Source: Terriglobia bacterium
GTDB lineage: Bacteria; Acidobacteriota; Terriglobia; Bryobacterales; Bryobacteraceae
Direction of reading: 5' to 3'
DNA length: 64,000 nucleotides
Assembly: GCA_963762135.1 (NCBI GenBank)
Contig: CAVXJP010000008.1
Span: 944,824-1,008,823 of the forward strand
The position numbers and the translations under genes are program-made. A model generated the notes under the pieces. That model was not told the DNA's origin. It did not search any database and saw only the letters and a program-made list of their open reading frames with translations. The stretch's first letter is position 1. Every line of letters starts with the position of its first letter. Shown here piece by piece: positions 51,217 to 63,973 of the stretch.

Positions 51217-51423
51217 TTGCCGGTTGACCAGCAGGGAGAGCATCGGTACTGCGAATCCCCAATTGCCACGGTCTTCATAGGCGATGTCGCGGCGCTTGCG
51301 CCTGACGGCAGCCAGCTTAATGCCATCTCTTACAGCTGTGGAACTTGTCGAAAGGCGATCAGCGTTCAAATCGATCCGATTGCGATCAAAGCCGATATTG
51401 TTGACGAAATCACAGGCCGGTAG
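51217..51423 (+). CDS. Possible small ORF downstream of the toxin
   Basis: 68 codons with a TTG start. Overlaps the integrase stop by 14 nt. Coding status is uncertain. Confidence 0.2.
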   Translation: MPVDQQGEHRYCESPIATVFIGDVAALAPDGSQLNAISYSCGTCRKAISVQIDPIAIKADIVDEITGR

Positions 51424-52420
51424 AGGAAAGCGCGTTGCTCCGGAACAGGCTCGCCTCGCGCGTATAGCGCAACACCATCGCTAGGGACCGGTGGCCGGTC
51501 TGCCGCATGATCGCCTTGAGGTTCGCGCCTCCGGTGGCGGCGCTGGTGACGAATCCCGCGCGTAGCGAGTGGCCGGCGAATTTGGCCTTGTCCCGATCCG
51601 CAGGCAGGAGCTTTTTAACGATCATGGCGACGGCACGGCCGCTCAGTCGGTCCTTAAGCCTGCCACCCTTCGCCACGGCGCGGAAGATGGCGCCCTGAGC
51701 GATCCCTGAGGCGTCGAGCCATTCCTGGAGGGCTCGGACAGGGCAGGCGGTCGAATGGGGCAGCGCGGGTACGCCAATACGGCGCCCACGGCCCTCCTGG
51801 TCGGTCTTGGACCGGCGGAGGACGATCACAAGGCCCTCGCTGGTGTGTTCGAGGTCTGCAACGTCCAGCGCGACCAATTCCGAGCGGCGGAAGGCCCCGG
51901 CGAAGCCGATCAGCAGCAGGGCGCGGTCCCTCTTGCCTATGAGGGTATCCGGGAGCTTCGAGACGATCTCGCGAACGTCTGAGGCCAGCAAGGGCGCTTT
52001 CTGTTCCTGGGCGGTTCCATGCGTGCGGCGGATTCCCTTGAGGACGGAGCGCACGGCTTCGTGTCCGGTGGGAGATTCGAGGCCGCGGAGCTTGTGAGTT
52101 TGGCTGATGGAGGTTAGGCGGCGCTGCAGCGTGGCGACCTTCAGCTTTCCGGCCTGGTCCGCGATATAGGCGGCCACGGTTCCGGGGGATGCCGGCAGCG
52201 GCGATAGGTCCCGTTCGGCGCACCACTCGCTGAAGATGCGCCAGTCGGTACGGTAGCCGCGGACGGTGGATTCTGCCCGGCTGGAGCGCGCATATTCACG
52301 TGCGCGCTCCGCCTCGGGCGAGTAGAGGGATAGTTCGGCGTGTTGGGTTTGAGGTTGCGCCAGCGCGCTCACTGTTGCATTTCCTTTCTGGCTTGAAGGA
52401 TCTCCTTCAGGGAGGACCAC
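51410..52420 (-). CDS. Tyrosine recombinase / site-specific integrase (second integrase of the element)
   Basis: SAM-like N-domain (TVRGYRTDWRIFSEWC) and catalytic residues in ..RRSE.., HSLRAGF.., LRYTRE. The likely real start is the GTG at 52372. Confidence 0.85.
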   Translation of the reverse strand: MVLPEGDPSSQKGNATVSALAQPQTQHAELSLYSPEAERAREYARSSRAESTVRGYRTDWRIFSEWCAERDLSPLPASPGTVAAYIADQAGKLKVATLQRRLTSISQTHKLRGLESPTGHEAVRSVLKGIRRTHGTAQEQKAPLLASDVREIVSKLPDTLIGKRDRALLLIGFAGAFRRSELVALDVADLEHTSEGLVIVLRRSKTDQEGRGRRIGVPALPHSTACPVRALQEWLDASGIAQGAIFRAVAKGGRLKDRLSGRAVAMIVKKLLPADRDKAKFAGHSLRAGFVTSAATGGANLKAIMRQTGHRSLAMVLRYTREASLFRSNALSSTGL

Positions 52421-52473
52421 CCGAGGTCATCACGGCGGCGCGGCGGCAAATCCTCGATAGTGGCTGATTTCAT
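52369..52473 (-). CDS. 34-codon ORF translationally coupled to the integrase
   Basis: AAGGAG-N5-ATG RBS. Its stop overlaps the integrase GTG (caGTGA). Confidence 0.35.
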   Translation of the reverse strand: MKSATIEDLPPRRRDDLGWSSLKEILQARKEMQQ

Positions 52474-52526
52474 TGGTTCTCCTTTTTTGCGCCGATAACT
52501 TGATTTAATCGGCGTGTGTTAGCATT

Positions 52527-52547
52527 ATGCGTGAGGCCCTCACGCAT
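52527..52547. promoter_or_regulatory. Perfect palindrome ATGCGTGAG-GCC-CTCACGCAT with a third ATGCGTA half-site at 52554
   Basis: Read directly. Lies in the divergent region between the integrase-side ORF and the 52590 ORF. Confidence 0.45.
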
Positions 52548-52589
52548 GTCAAGATGCGTAACCCCCTCAGGCGTACATAGGCTACAGGG

Positions 52590-52785
52590 GTGGCAAAGAA
52601 GAAAAGGGAATTTACCTCGATGACGGAAATGCTTGAGTTCTTTCGGGAGACCGGGCGGCAGGGCGGCAAGATCGGCGGCAAAGCACGCGCGAAGAAGCTC
52701 ACCAAGAAACAGCGCAGCGAATCCGCCAAGAAAAGCGGCTCAGGCTCGATCGGAAGAAGGCCAAAAAGAAGGCCAAGGCCAATAA
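52590..52785 (+). CDS. Small basic protein (GGKARAKKLT..QRSE.AKKAAQAR type), 1-nt A-run indel
   Basis: Removing one A from the run at 52731-52734 restores ..SAKKAAQARSEEGQKEGQGQ*. Confidence 0.4.
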
Positions 52786-52787
52786 GA

Positions 52788-53322
52788 ATGGGAAAGGTGA
52801 TGAGTAGGGAGACGCAGGTATACAAACCGTCCCCAGAAGAACGGCTGGCCGGAATCGAACACGTGGCTTATGAATACTCGAACTTCGTTCGAGCTCACGT
52901 GTTCCTAGGAACCGGCGCACCCCAGGGGTGGACCTATGGCCGTGATCACGGGAAACGCCTTCCTGCTCAGTTGCCGGCAGTTGGCGGAATTTTTCGGGGC
53001 GCCGACGGAGAAGCCAGATATTCTGGCTGTCCACTATACGAATCGCGGCCCAGTGGAGTTTGCAGAATTCGGCAAATGGCGGAAAGCCCTAAATGCTCAG
53101 CTCGCGCATCTGAGCTACGAGCGGGTCAATAATCCACAGGCGGATCTCACTGCCACGGTCACAAGGCGGAACTATCATGAGCTTCGCAAAGCATTCCATA
53201 AGTTTTTGTGCCGTGTTAAGTGCGGGGATCACGTGAAAGAGTTCCAGCGATGCCTAGCCGCGCGGCAGAAGGTCGTCCAGGTGAGGCTTTTGGATGAATC
53301 TATACGGAAGTTGAGGGCCTAA
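52788..53322 (+). CDS. Hypothetical protein (one frameshift near 52930)
   Basis: MGKVMSRETQVYKPSPEERLAGIEHVAYEY.. continues as ..ITGNAFLLSCRQLAEFFG.. in ORF 52936. Confidence 0.35.
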
Positions 53323-53324
53323 GA

Positions 53325-54541
53325 ATGGGAGTCTATAAGCGCAAAGTATTCGGCCTACGGGTGGTACAAGTTCGTTTGGCGGGGCCAGACGATCCGGGAG
53401 AGCACCAAACAGACCAATAAGCGTGTGGCTGAAACGATGGAATCCGCGCGGCGAACGCAACTCGCCAAGGGCGAAGTGGGTATCAGAGACTTGAAGCCGG
53501 CACCCACGCTACGCCAACTTTACGCAGAAGGACTTCCTGCCCTACTGCCGGCTTGCCTACAAGCCGAAACCGAATCACCTGACGCACTACAAGAACGGCA
53601 CACGCGCGCTCCTAACGTTCGAGAAGATCGCCTCAAAGAAGCTCGATGAAATCACCGCGGAAGACATCACTGCTTATGTCCAGTTTCGGCAGGGGGCGGT
53701 GTTCAAGGTATCGACTGTGACCCGTGAGCTCGAATGCTGCAGCGGCGCATGTTCGCCGCTGGTCGATGGAATGGGGCAAGACGATCAAGGCACTCCCCAA
53801 GGTCCGAATGCTATCGGGCGAAGCGCATCGCGAACGCGTCCTGAGCCATGCCGAGGAGCGGAAGTATCTCGAAGCGACTGCCGAACTCGGACAGTCCATT
53901 GAGGCGGCATATGGGGCGGCCCTGACAGGGATACGTGCGACACAACGTGCTGGTGCAACCCCCCATCAAGCCAAGCAGATCCCTACCGGCTGCGCGACGC
54001 GGCCACGATTCACATCGATTGCGGCCTGCGGCCGGCGGAGTGTTTCAGCCTGCGATGGGAGAACGTCCTGGAGGATTCGCTAGAAATCCTCGAAGGCAAG
54101 ACCAAGAACGCGCGGCGGCGGATTCCGTTTTCTGAGCGTGTCGGAGCAATCCTCACGATGCGCAGGGCCGCGAGGATGGAATCCGATTGGGTCTTCCCGG
54201 CGCCTACCAAGAGCGGCCACATCGAGCCGTCATCGCTGCGCAAGCCTCACGTGAACGCCTGCAAGGCCGCAAAGGTTGAGCAATTCGACCTCTACACATT
54301 CAGGCATACGTGCCTGACGCGCTGGGCAGCCTCGGGGATGGATCCCTGGACGGTTCGTTACCTGGCCGGCCATTCCGATATGAACATCACGCGGCGATAC
54401 GTTCACCCGCAGGCCGATGCGATCCGCGCGGCGATGAAGCGGGCACGAGCTACGCCCGAGGTTCAGGGTGGGCACGTTCCCGGGCACAGTGGAAAATCAG
54501 ACCAAATGCAGGATAGTGCAGAGGGACCCGCAGTAAATTGA
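53325..54541 (+). CDS. int: Tyrosine integrase next to tRNA-Arg (about 5 frameshifts)
   Basis: Pieces in three frames: MGVYKRK.., KFVWRGQTIRESTKQTNKRVAE.., YKNGTRALLTFEKI.., EWGKTIKALPKVRMLSGEAHRERVL.., LRPAECFSLRWENV.., FRHTCLTRWA.., LAGHSDMNITRRYVH. Confidence 0.8.
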
Positions 54542-54555
54542 ATCTACTTGGGTTA

Positions 54556-54634
<79 letters not shown>

Positions 54635-54902
54635 AAGGGGGTTATGTTCCGCTCGAAACCTTCCGTGCGGAACACTTCGAAGGTAGCACACTCGGCGGCG
54701 GCACGGCTAGATTTTTCCATGCGGCGATGGGGCTCCATCCGGTGTGCCTTGAATGCGCTCATACGGTGGGATGCGATAAGCTATGCATGGATTTTTCGAG
54801 GGCTCCCCGCCTGGCACAACGAACCGTTGGCCGCCTCCGGGCGGGACCTCTGCCTGGCCGATGATGCCGGGCACCGAAGACAATATAAGGGAGTTCGCAA
54901 TT

Positions 54903-55754
54903 ATGAGAAAAAGCAATAGCCAATGGATGGCGCTGTGCGCGTTGGTGCTGGTCGCCGCCGCGCCGGCCTTCGCGCAAAAGGAGATCTACAACACGGTGAA
55001 GAGCAAGCTTGCCGCCGGAGAACAGGTGTTCGGGGGCACGGTGCTGACCGGCGATCCGGAGATCTATTGCGCCATGGCGAACTCGGGCTGGGATTTCCTG
55101 TGGATCGAGATGCAGCACTCGCCGCTGACCTATCAGGAGGTCGCGCACATGATCGCCCATTGCCCGGACGCCACCGCGATCCCCTTTATCCGCGTGCCGG
55201 ACGCCACGCCCGGCGACATCCAGAAAGCGGTCGACATCGGGGCGCTGGGAGTCATTGTCCCGATGGTCCAGGATGTCCAGGAAGTGCTTGATGCGGTTCG
55301 GTTTGCCAAGTATCCGCCGATGGGGGAGCGGAGCCAGGGCAACGGCCAGTACGGCCAGATCTGGGGCCGCAGCTATCGCCAGACCGCCAATGACAACGTC
55401 ATGATTGTCGGGATGGTGGAGAATCCCAAGGGCGTCGACATCGCCGACCAGATCGCCGCAGTGGACGGGGTGGACGTGGTTTTCGTCGCCTCCAGCGACC
55501 TGGGCAGCTTCAGCGGCAAGCGGCAGGGCGATCCGGAATACGAGGCGCTGGTCTCCCGGACCCGCGATGCCGTGCTGGCTGCGGGCAAGATCGTCGGCGG
55601 TCCGCAGGCCTGGCGCGACCGCGAAGGCTATCATTTCTTCCAGGGTGCTCCCGATACGGCGATCATTCGCCAGGGGACGCGCGCGGCGCTGGGGCTCGAC
55701 GGGCCGCAGCAGCCCCGGTCCGGGGTGGCTCCGATCGAGGGCCAGGAGAAGTAG
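54903..55754 (+). CDS. HpcH/HpaI-family aldolase with predicted signal peptide
   Basis: WDFLWIEMQHSP, IPFIRVP and GVIVPMV motifs. N-terminus MRKSNSQWMALCALVLVAAAPAFAQ. Confidence 0.7.
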   Translation: MRKSNSQWMALCALVLVAAAPAFAQKEIYNTVKSKLAAGEQVFGGTVLTGDPEIYCAMANSGWDFLWIEMQHSPLTYQEVAHMIAHCPDATAIPFIRVPDATPGDIQKAVDIGALGVIVPMVQDVQEVLDAVRFAKYPPMGERSQGNGQYGQIWGRSYRQTANDNVMIVGMVENPKGVDIADQIAAVDGVDVVFVASSDLGSFSGKRQGDPEYEALVSRTRDAVLAAGKIVGGPQAWRDREGYHFFQGAPDTAIIRQGTRAALGLDGPQQPRSGVAPIEGQEK

Positions 55755-55874
55755 GAGCGCTTGCGGGACCCAGAGTAGAGACCATTTCTCCAGGGAAATG
55801 TTCTCGAATAAGTCTCTGTAGTTCAGTTGCTTGCCGGGGTCGAGGCGGAATCGCGCCTCGATCTTCCACAACTG

Positions 55875-55901
55875 TTGACAAGTTTCCCGCGCTCCTATAC
55901 T
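55875..55901 (+). promoter_or_regulatory. Candidate sigma-70 promoter upstream of the str operon
   Basis: TTGACA-N15-TATACT read directly. The spacer is short, but an indel in this error-prone assembly is possible. Confidence 0.35.
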
Positions 55902-56278
55902 CTACTAAGAGTATTTGGCGAGTTGATCTTCTGCTCCCGAGCTACCACTCCTCTTGCGGCCTGAGTGAGAGATGACTGGTAACAGTCAATCAAATCAAGG
56001 GTTTGAGGAGTCCGGCCGAGAGTCGGTCCCGCTGCTCTGACGGATTCTACGCCGTCAGCGGTATGGACTTGTCCGGAGTCTAACTACCATCTGTAAGTCG
56101 AAATTGGCGCCGAAGGGGATTCCCTGCGCCGGTTTTCGCGTGCAACGGAAGTTTTTTTGAGTTGAAAAGAGCCTGAGGGCCTCCTGCGCTCTAAGCGCCT
56201 GGAAATCGAGAGACGCCGCGTGGTTTGCGCGCTTTCGCCGGGCAGAGCCGAGGAAGGTCGCCAAGGAGAGTTTGCTTC

Positions 56279-56659
56279 GTGCCAACGTTTAATCAATTGG
56301 TTCGCAAGGGGCGGGTCCCCCAGCGCTATAAGACCGCCAGCCCGGCGCTGCAGAAGTGTCCGCAGCGGCGCGGCGTGTGTACTCGTGTGTACACCACGAC
56401 GCCAAAGAAGCCGAATTCGGCGCTGCGGAAGGTCGCCCGTGTGCGGCTGACCAACGGGATCGAGGTCACGACCTATATCCCGGGTGTCGGTCACAACCTG
56501 CAGGAGCACTCGATTGTGCTGATCCGCGGCGGCCGTGTGAAGGATCTGCCGGGTGTGCGCTATCACGTGGTGCGCGGCACGCTGGATACGTCCGGCGTGA
56601 ATGACCGGAAGCAGTCGCGGTCCAAGTACGGCGCCAAGCGGCCGAAGGCGGCCAAGTAG
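56279..56659 (+). CDS. rpsL: 30S ribosomal protein S12
   Basis: [28 protein letters not shown].. GTG start. Confidence 0.95.
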   Translation: MPTFNQLVRKGRVPQRYKTASPALQKCPQRRGVCTRVYTTTPKKPNSALRKVARVRLTNGIEVTTYIPGVGHNLQEHSIVLIRGGRVKDLPGVRYHVVRGTLDTSGVNDRKQSRSKYGAKRPKAAK

Positions 56660-56681
56660 GAGCGGAGTCTAGGAAAACACC

Positions 56682-57150
<469 letters not shown>

Positions 57151-57279
57151 GGCGTGTTGCAGGGTAAGCCGGCACGGTAAGACCGGCGAGGAACGAAGGC
57201 AGGACGCGAAGCGACACCAGAAAGATTGGACGGGCTCCGTTGGCCGCGGTAACCGCTGAGGGCACAGGGAGCAATTGAA

Positions 57280-59376
<2,097 letters not shown>

Positions 59377-59417
59377 ATTTACCAAGGTTTTAAGCTTAGG
59401 GAGAGCAAGTAACCACC

Positions 59418-60605
59418 ATGGCGAAGGAAAAATTTGACCGGAGCAAGCCGCAGTGCAACATCGGGACGATTGGTCACATTGACCACGGGAAGACGACGTT
59501 GACGGCGGCGATCACGCAGACGCTGGCCAAGCACAATCCGAAGAACACGTTCCGGAGCTTTGATTCGATCGACAACGCTCCGGAGGAGAAGGCGCGCGGC
59601 ATTACGATCGCGGCGGCGCACGTCGAGTATGAGACGGCCAACCGTCACTATGCGCACGTGGATTGCCCGGGTCACGCCGACTACATCAAGAACATGATCA
59701 CCGGCGCGGCGCAGATGGACGGCGCGATTCTGGTGGTGGCGGCGACCGACGGACCGATGCCGCAGACGCGCGAGCACATTCTGCTGGCTCGCCAGGTGGG
59801 TGTGCCTTACATCGTGGTGGCGCTGAACAAGGTCGACATGGTCGACGATCCGGAACTGCTGGAACTGGTGGAGCTGGAAGTTCGCGAGCTGCTGTCGAGC
59901 TACGATTTCCCGGGCGACGACGTGCCGGTGATCAAGGTCAGCGCGCTGGGAGCGCTGAACGGCGAAGAGAAGTGGATGGCGACCATCGATGAGCTGATGG
60001 AGGCCGTCGACGAGTACATTCCGCAGCCGCAGCGCGACACCGACAAGCCGTTCCTGATGCCGATCGAAGACATCTTCTCGATTCAGGGTCGCGGCACGGT
60101 GGTGACGGGCCGTATCGAGCAGGGCATTTGTAAGGTCGGCGAGGAAATGGAGATCGTCGGGTTCCGCGACACGCGCAAGACGGTCGTCACCGGCGTCGAG
60201 ATGTTCAAGAAGCTGCTGGACGAAGGCCGGGCCGGCGACAACGTGGGTCTGCTGCTGCGCGGCATCGACAAGGACGACGTCGAGCGCGGGCAGGTGATTG
60301 CGAAGCCGGGTTCGATCAAGCCGCACAAGAAGTTCAAGGGCGAAGTCTACGTTCTGTCGAAGGACGAGGGCGGCCGCCACACGCCGTTCTTCAAGGGCTA
60401 TCGTCCGCAGTTCTACTTCCGGACGACGGACGTGACGGGTGTCGCGACGCTGCCCGAGGGCATGGAAATGGTGATGCCGGGCGATAACGTGACGCTCGAG
60501 ATCGAGCTGATCACGCCGGTGGCCATGGACAAGGGCTTGCGGTTCGCGATCCGCGAGGGCGGCCGTACGGTCGGCGCCGGAACCGTGACCGAGATTGTCG
60601 AATAG
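59418..60605 (+). CDS. tuf: Elongation factor Tu
   Basis: Intact 395-aa [21 protein letters not shown] motifs. Confidence 0.97.
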   Translation: MAKEKFDRSKPQCNIGTIGHIDHGKTTLTAAITQTLAKHNPKNTFRSFDSIDNAPEEKARGITIAAAHVEYETANRHYAHVDCPGHADYIKNMITGAAQMDGAILVVAATDGPMPQTREHILLARQVGVPYIVVALNKVDMVDDPELLELVELEVRELLSSYDFPGDDVPVIKVSALGALNGEEKWMATIDELMEAVDEYIPQPQRDTDKPFLMPIEDIFSIQGRGTVVTGRIEQGICKVGEEMEIVGFRDTRKTVVTGVEMFKKLLDEGRAGDNVGLLLRGIDKDDVERGQVIAKPGSIKPHKKFKGEVYVLSKDEGGRHTPFFKGYRPQFYFRTTDVTGVATLPEGMEMVMPGDNVTLEIELITPVAMDKGLRFAIREGGRTVGAGTVTEIVE

Positions 60606-60727
60606 TTCGCATGTTCGGTGCGGCCTGCTGAATGCGGCGGGCCGCCACCAACAATGGCAAGCGCAACAAGAGAATCGCAGCAGTAAGTAAACGCAGCAGT
60701 GAGTAAACAAAGACTGGCTGAAAACGA

Positions 60728-61058
60728 ATGAGTAGCTTAAAAGAACGTATCCGGATTCGCTTAAAGGCCTACGATCATCGTGTGCTGGATCAATCCACCG
60801 GCGAGATCGTGGATACGGCCAAGCGGACCGGCGCCAGCGTGGCGGGGCCCATTCCGCTGCCGACGGTGCGCAACACCTATACGGTGCTGCGTTCGCCGCA
60901 CGTGGATAAAAAGAGCCGCGAGCAGTTTGAGATGCGGACCCACAAGCGCTTGCTGGATATTCTTGGAGCCGACGCAGGACACGGTGGATGCGCTGATGAA
61001 GCTGGATCTGCCGGCCGGCGTGGATGTGGAAATTAAGGCCTTCGGCCGCGGCAAGTAA
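60728..61058 (+). CDS. rpsJ: 30S ribosomal protein S10 (one inserted base near 60965)
   Basis: ..[26 protein letters not shown] | [24 protein letters not shown]. Confidence 0.9.
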
Positions 61059-61207
61059 GCCGGGTCGGTTGGGTCAAGACGAGTCGCTCAAGGGCGGCAC
61101 GTTCAAGGAATAAACTCGCCCGGCGGAAGTTTGCCGGGTGGCCGGCCGGATGCCGAGCCGGTCCGGGAAAAGCCGGAAGGGGATCCTTCCGGGTTGGAGT
61201 GATCACG

Positions 61208-61844
61208 ATGAGCCCAGGGATTATTGGGAAAAAGATCGGAATGACGCAGGTGTTCAGCGAGGACGGCCGGGTAGTGCCGGTGACGCTGCTGAAGGCCGGG
61301 CCCGTGCGTGGTGGTGCAGCGCAAGACGCCGGCGACCGACGGCTACGACGCGGTCCAGCTTGGACTGATGGAGTATGCCAAGAAGTCGCGGCAGACCAAG
61401 CCTGCGCTGGGGCACCTGGCGAAATCCGGGGCCGAGGGCGTCAAGTACCTTCGCGAATTCCGTCTGGACGGTGTGAGCAACGGCGACCTGAAGCCGGGCG
61501 ACAAAGTCCTGGCCGATGAGTTCAAGCCGAAGGAAAAGGTCGATGTGATCGGCACCAGCAAGGGCCGCGGATTCGCGGGCGTTGTGAAGCGCCACGGCTT
61601 CGCCGGCTCCGACGATACCCACGGCTCGATGTTCCATCGCGCGCCCGGTTCGATCGGCGCCTCGAGCTTCCCCTCCCGCGTGTTCCCCGGAATGCGCATG
61701 GGCGGCCGGATGGGCAACGAGCGGGTGACCGTGAAGAATCTGGAGATCGTCGAGGTCGACGCCGAGGACAACGTGATCATGGTCAAAGGCGCCGTACCGG
61801 GCCCCAATGGCGGCTACGTCGTGCTGAGGAGGTCGAAGCGATAG
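61208..61844 (+). CDS. rplC: 50S ribosomal protein L3 (one frameshift near 61300)
   Basis: [32 protein letters not shown] | [19 protein letters not shown].. Confidence 0.9.
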
Positions 61845-61846
61845 TC

Positions 61847-62473
61847 ATGCCGAGCGTAGACGTTATCGATTTGAGCAATCAGAAGGTCGGCACCCTGGAG
61901 CTGGCCGAGTCGGTGTTTGGCGCACCGGTGAATGAGCATTTGCTGTATGAGGCCGTGCGGCATTATATGGCCTCGCAGCGCCGCGGCACCGCCGCGACCA
62001 AGACGCGGGGACGCGTGGCCGGATCCGGCAAGAAGCTGTGGCGGCAGAAGGGGACCGGCCGCGCCCGTATGGGTTCGATCCGGAGTCCTCTGTGGCGGCA
62101 CGGCGGCACGACCCACGGACCGCAGCCGCGCGACTATTCCTACCGGCTGCCGCGCAAGATGCAGCTCGGCGCGCTGCGCAGCGCGCTTTCGGCTAAGCTT
62201 CGCGACGGCGAACTTCGCGTGGTGAAAGACTTCGCGATCGCCGGGCCGAAGACCAAACTGATGCGGGCGGCGCTGAATACGCTCGAAGCGGCCAAGACCG
62301 TGCTGCTGGTGGATAACTCCGGCGAGCAGAACGTGACTCTTTCGAGCCGCAACCTGCCGGGCGTCAAGCTGGTGGCCAGCCGCGAGGTCAATGTGTATGA
62401 CCTGCTGGGCCATCGCCAGGTGCTGATGAGCGAAGCGGCGGCCCAGAAACTCTCGGAGGCGCTAGCCCAATGA
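61847..62473 (+). CDS. rplD: 50S ribosomal protein L4
   Basis: 208 aa. GSGKKLWRQKGTGRARMGSIRSPLWRHGG. Confidence 0.95.
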   Translation: MPSVDVIDLSNQKVGTLELAESVFGAPVNEHLLYEAVRHYMASQRRGTAATKTRGRVAGSGKKLWRQKGTGRARMGSIRSPLWRHGGTTHGPQPRDYSYRLPRKMQLGALRSALSAKLRDGELRVVKDFAIAGPKTKLMRAALNTLEAAKTVLLVDNSGEQNVTLSSRNLPGVKLVASREVNVYDLLGHRQVLMSEAAAQKLSEALAQ

Positions 62474-62760
62474 ACACTATTTATACAGTCATCCGGCGTC
62501 CGATCATCACCGAGAAGGGCGTCACCAAGAAAGAGTCCGAGCGGACCATGTGCTTTGAAGTCGCCGTGGGCGCCAACAAAACCCAGATCCGGCAGGCGGT
62601 CGAGAAGCTGTTCAACGTGAAGGTTGACCAGGTCCGGACCACCACGGCGGCGGGCAAGTTGCGCCGGCAGGGCCGGTTTGCCGGCTATCGGTCGGATTGG
62701 AAGAAGGCCTACGTGAAGTTGAAGGCCGGGCAAAAGGTTCCCGAGTACGCGGAAGCCTAG
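62470..62760 (+). CDS. rplW: 50S ribosomal protein L23
   Basis: 96 aa. VIRRPIITEKG.. with the expected operon position. Confidence 0.93.
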   Translation: MNTIYTVIRRPIITEKGVTKKESERTMCFEVAVGANKTQIRQAVEKLFNVKVDQVRTTTAAGKLRRQGRFAGYRSDWKKAYVKLKAGQKVPEYAEA

Positions 62761-62804
62761 GGCGGCCGGATAAGGGAATTTGAGAGTTTTAGCGGAGAGG
62801 CATC

Positions 62805-63638
62805 ATGCCGATTAAGTCTTACAAGCCGACCACGCCGACGCGCCGTTTCCAAACGGTGGTCACGCGCAAGGAACTGTCCAACAAGAAGCCGGAAAAGACT
62901 CTGGTCGAGGGCAAAAAGCGCAGCGGCGGCCGCAACAACTATGGCCGGATTGCCATTCGGTTCCGTGGCGGCGGTCACAAGCAGGCCTATCGAATCATCG
63001 ATTTCAAGCGCGATAAGGCCGGTGTGCCGGCCAAGGTTGCCTCGATCGAGTACGATCCGAACCGCAGCGCCCGTATCGCTCTGCTGCACTATGTGGATGG
63101 CGAGAAGCGCTACATCCTGGCGCCGGCGGGTCTGGAGGTCGGGCGCATGGTGATGTCCGGTCCGGAAGCCGACATTCTGCCGGGCAACGCTCTGCCGATC
63201 GATAACATCCCGGCCGGTACGCTGATTCACAACGTGGAGCTGAAGCCGGGCAAGGGCGGCCAGATGGTTCGCTCGGCCGGCGTGCAGGCGCAGTTGGTTT
63301 CAAAAGAAGGCGGCTATGCGCTGATCAAGCTGCCGTCGGGCGAAGTCCGGCGGATTCTGTCGGCCTGCGCGGCGACGGTCGGTGTGGTCGGCAATGCCGA
63401 GCACGAGAATGTCAGCCTGGGGAAAGCCGGCCGCAAGCGCTGGCTGGGCCGCCGTCCGCACAACCGCGGCGTCGTGATGAACCCGGTGGACCACCCGCAC
63501 GGCGGTGGTGAGGGCCGGACCTCGGGCGGCCGCCATCCGGTGACCCCGTGGGGCAAGCCGACCCGCGGCTTCAAGACGCGCAACAATAAGCGCACCGACA
63601 AATGGATCGTGACGCGCAAAGGGAAGAAGCGCCGGTAA
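62805..63638 (+). CDS. rplB: 50S ribosomal protein L2
   Basis: 277 aa. [15 protein letters not shown].., [13 protein letters not shown]. Confidence 0.97.
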   Translation: MPIKSYKPTTPTRRFQTVVTRKELSNKKPEKTLVEGKKRSGGRNNYGRIAIRFRGGGHKQAYRIIDFKRDKAGVPAKVASIEYDPNRSARIALLHYVDGEKRYILAPAGLEVGRMVMSGPEADILPGNALPIDNIPAGTLIHNVELKPGKGGQMVRSAGVQAQLVSKEGGYALIKLPSGEVRRILSACAATVGVVGNAEHENVSLGKAGRKRWLGRRPHNRGVVMNPVDHPHGGGEGRTSGGRHPVTPWGKPTRGFKTRNNKRTDKWIVTRKGKKRR

Positions 63639-63666
63639 TTTCGGCTAGGTAAAAGGGAATCAATCA

Positions 63667-63945
63667 ATGAGCCGTTCGTTATATAAGGGACCGTTTACCG
63701 ACGACCACTTGATGAAGAAGCTGGAGGCGATGAGTGCGCAGCCCAAGAAGCAGGTGATTCGCACCTGGTCGCGGCGCTCGACCATCAGTCCTGAATTCAT
63801 CGGCCATACGTTGGGTGTGCACAACGGCAAGAAGTTTATCCCCGTTTACGTCACCGAGAACATGGTGGGACACAAGCTGGGCGAGTTCGCCCCCACGCGG
63901 ACGTTCAAGGGACACGTTGCCAAGGAGAAGTCGTCGCGTTCGTAG
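63667..63945 (+). CDS. rpsS: 30S ribosomal protein S19
   Basis: 92 aa. [47 protein letters not shown]. Confidence 0.97.
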   Translation: MSRSLYKGPFTDDHLMKKLEAMSAQPKKQVIRTWSRRSTISPEFIGHTLGVHNGKKFIPVYVTENMVGHKLGEFAPTRTFKGHVAKEKSSRS

Positions 63946-63973
63946 TCGGCGCGCCGGGCAGGAGTGAATTGAG

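Noticed and set aside
49654-52535. Shared CATTATG(T/C) heptamer near 49657 and 52523 as possible att sites of the nested low-GC module.
   Set aside because: Only 7-8 matching bases, which is compatible with chance. There is no extended direct repeat.
60606-60727. Imperfect GC-rich hairpin after tuf (ggtgcggcc..ggccgccacc) as an intrinsic terminator.
   Set aside because: There is no following U-tract, and the S10 operon continues immediately downstream. At most it is an attenuating structure.
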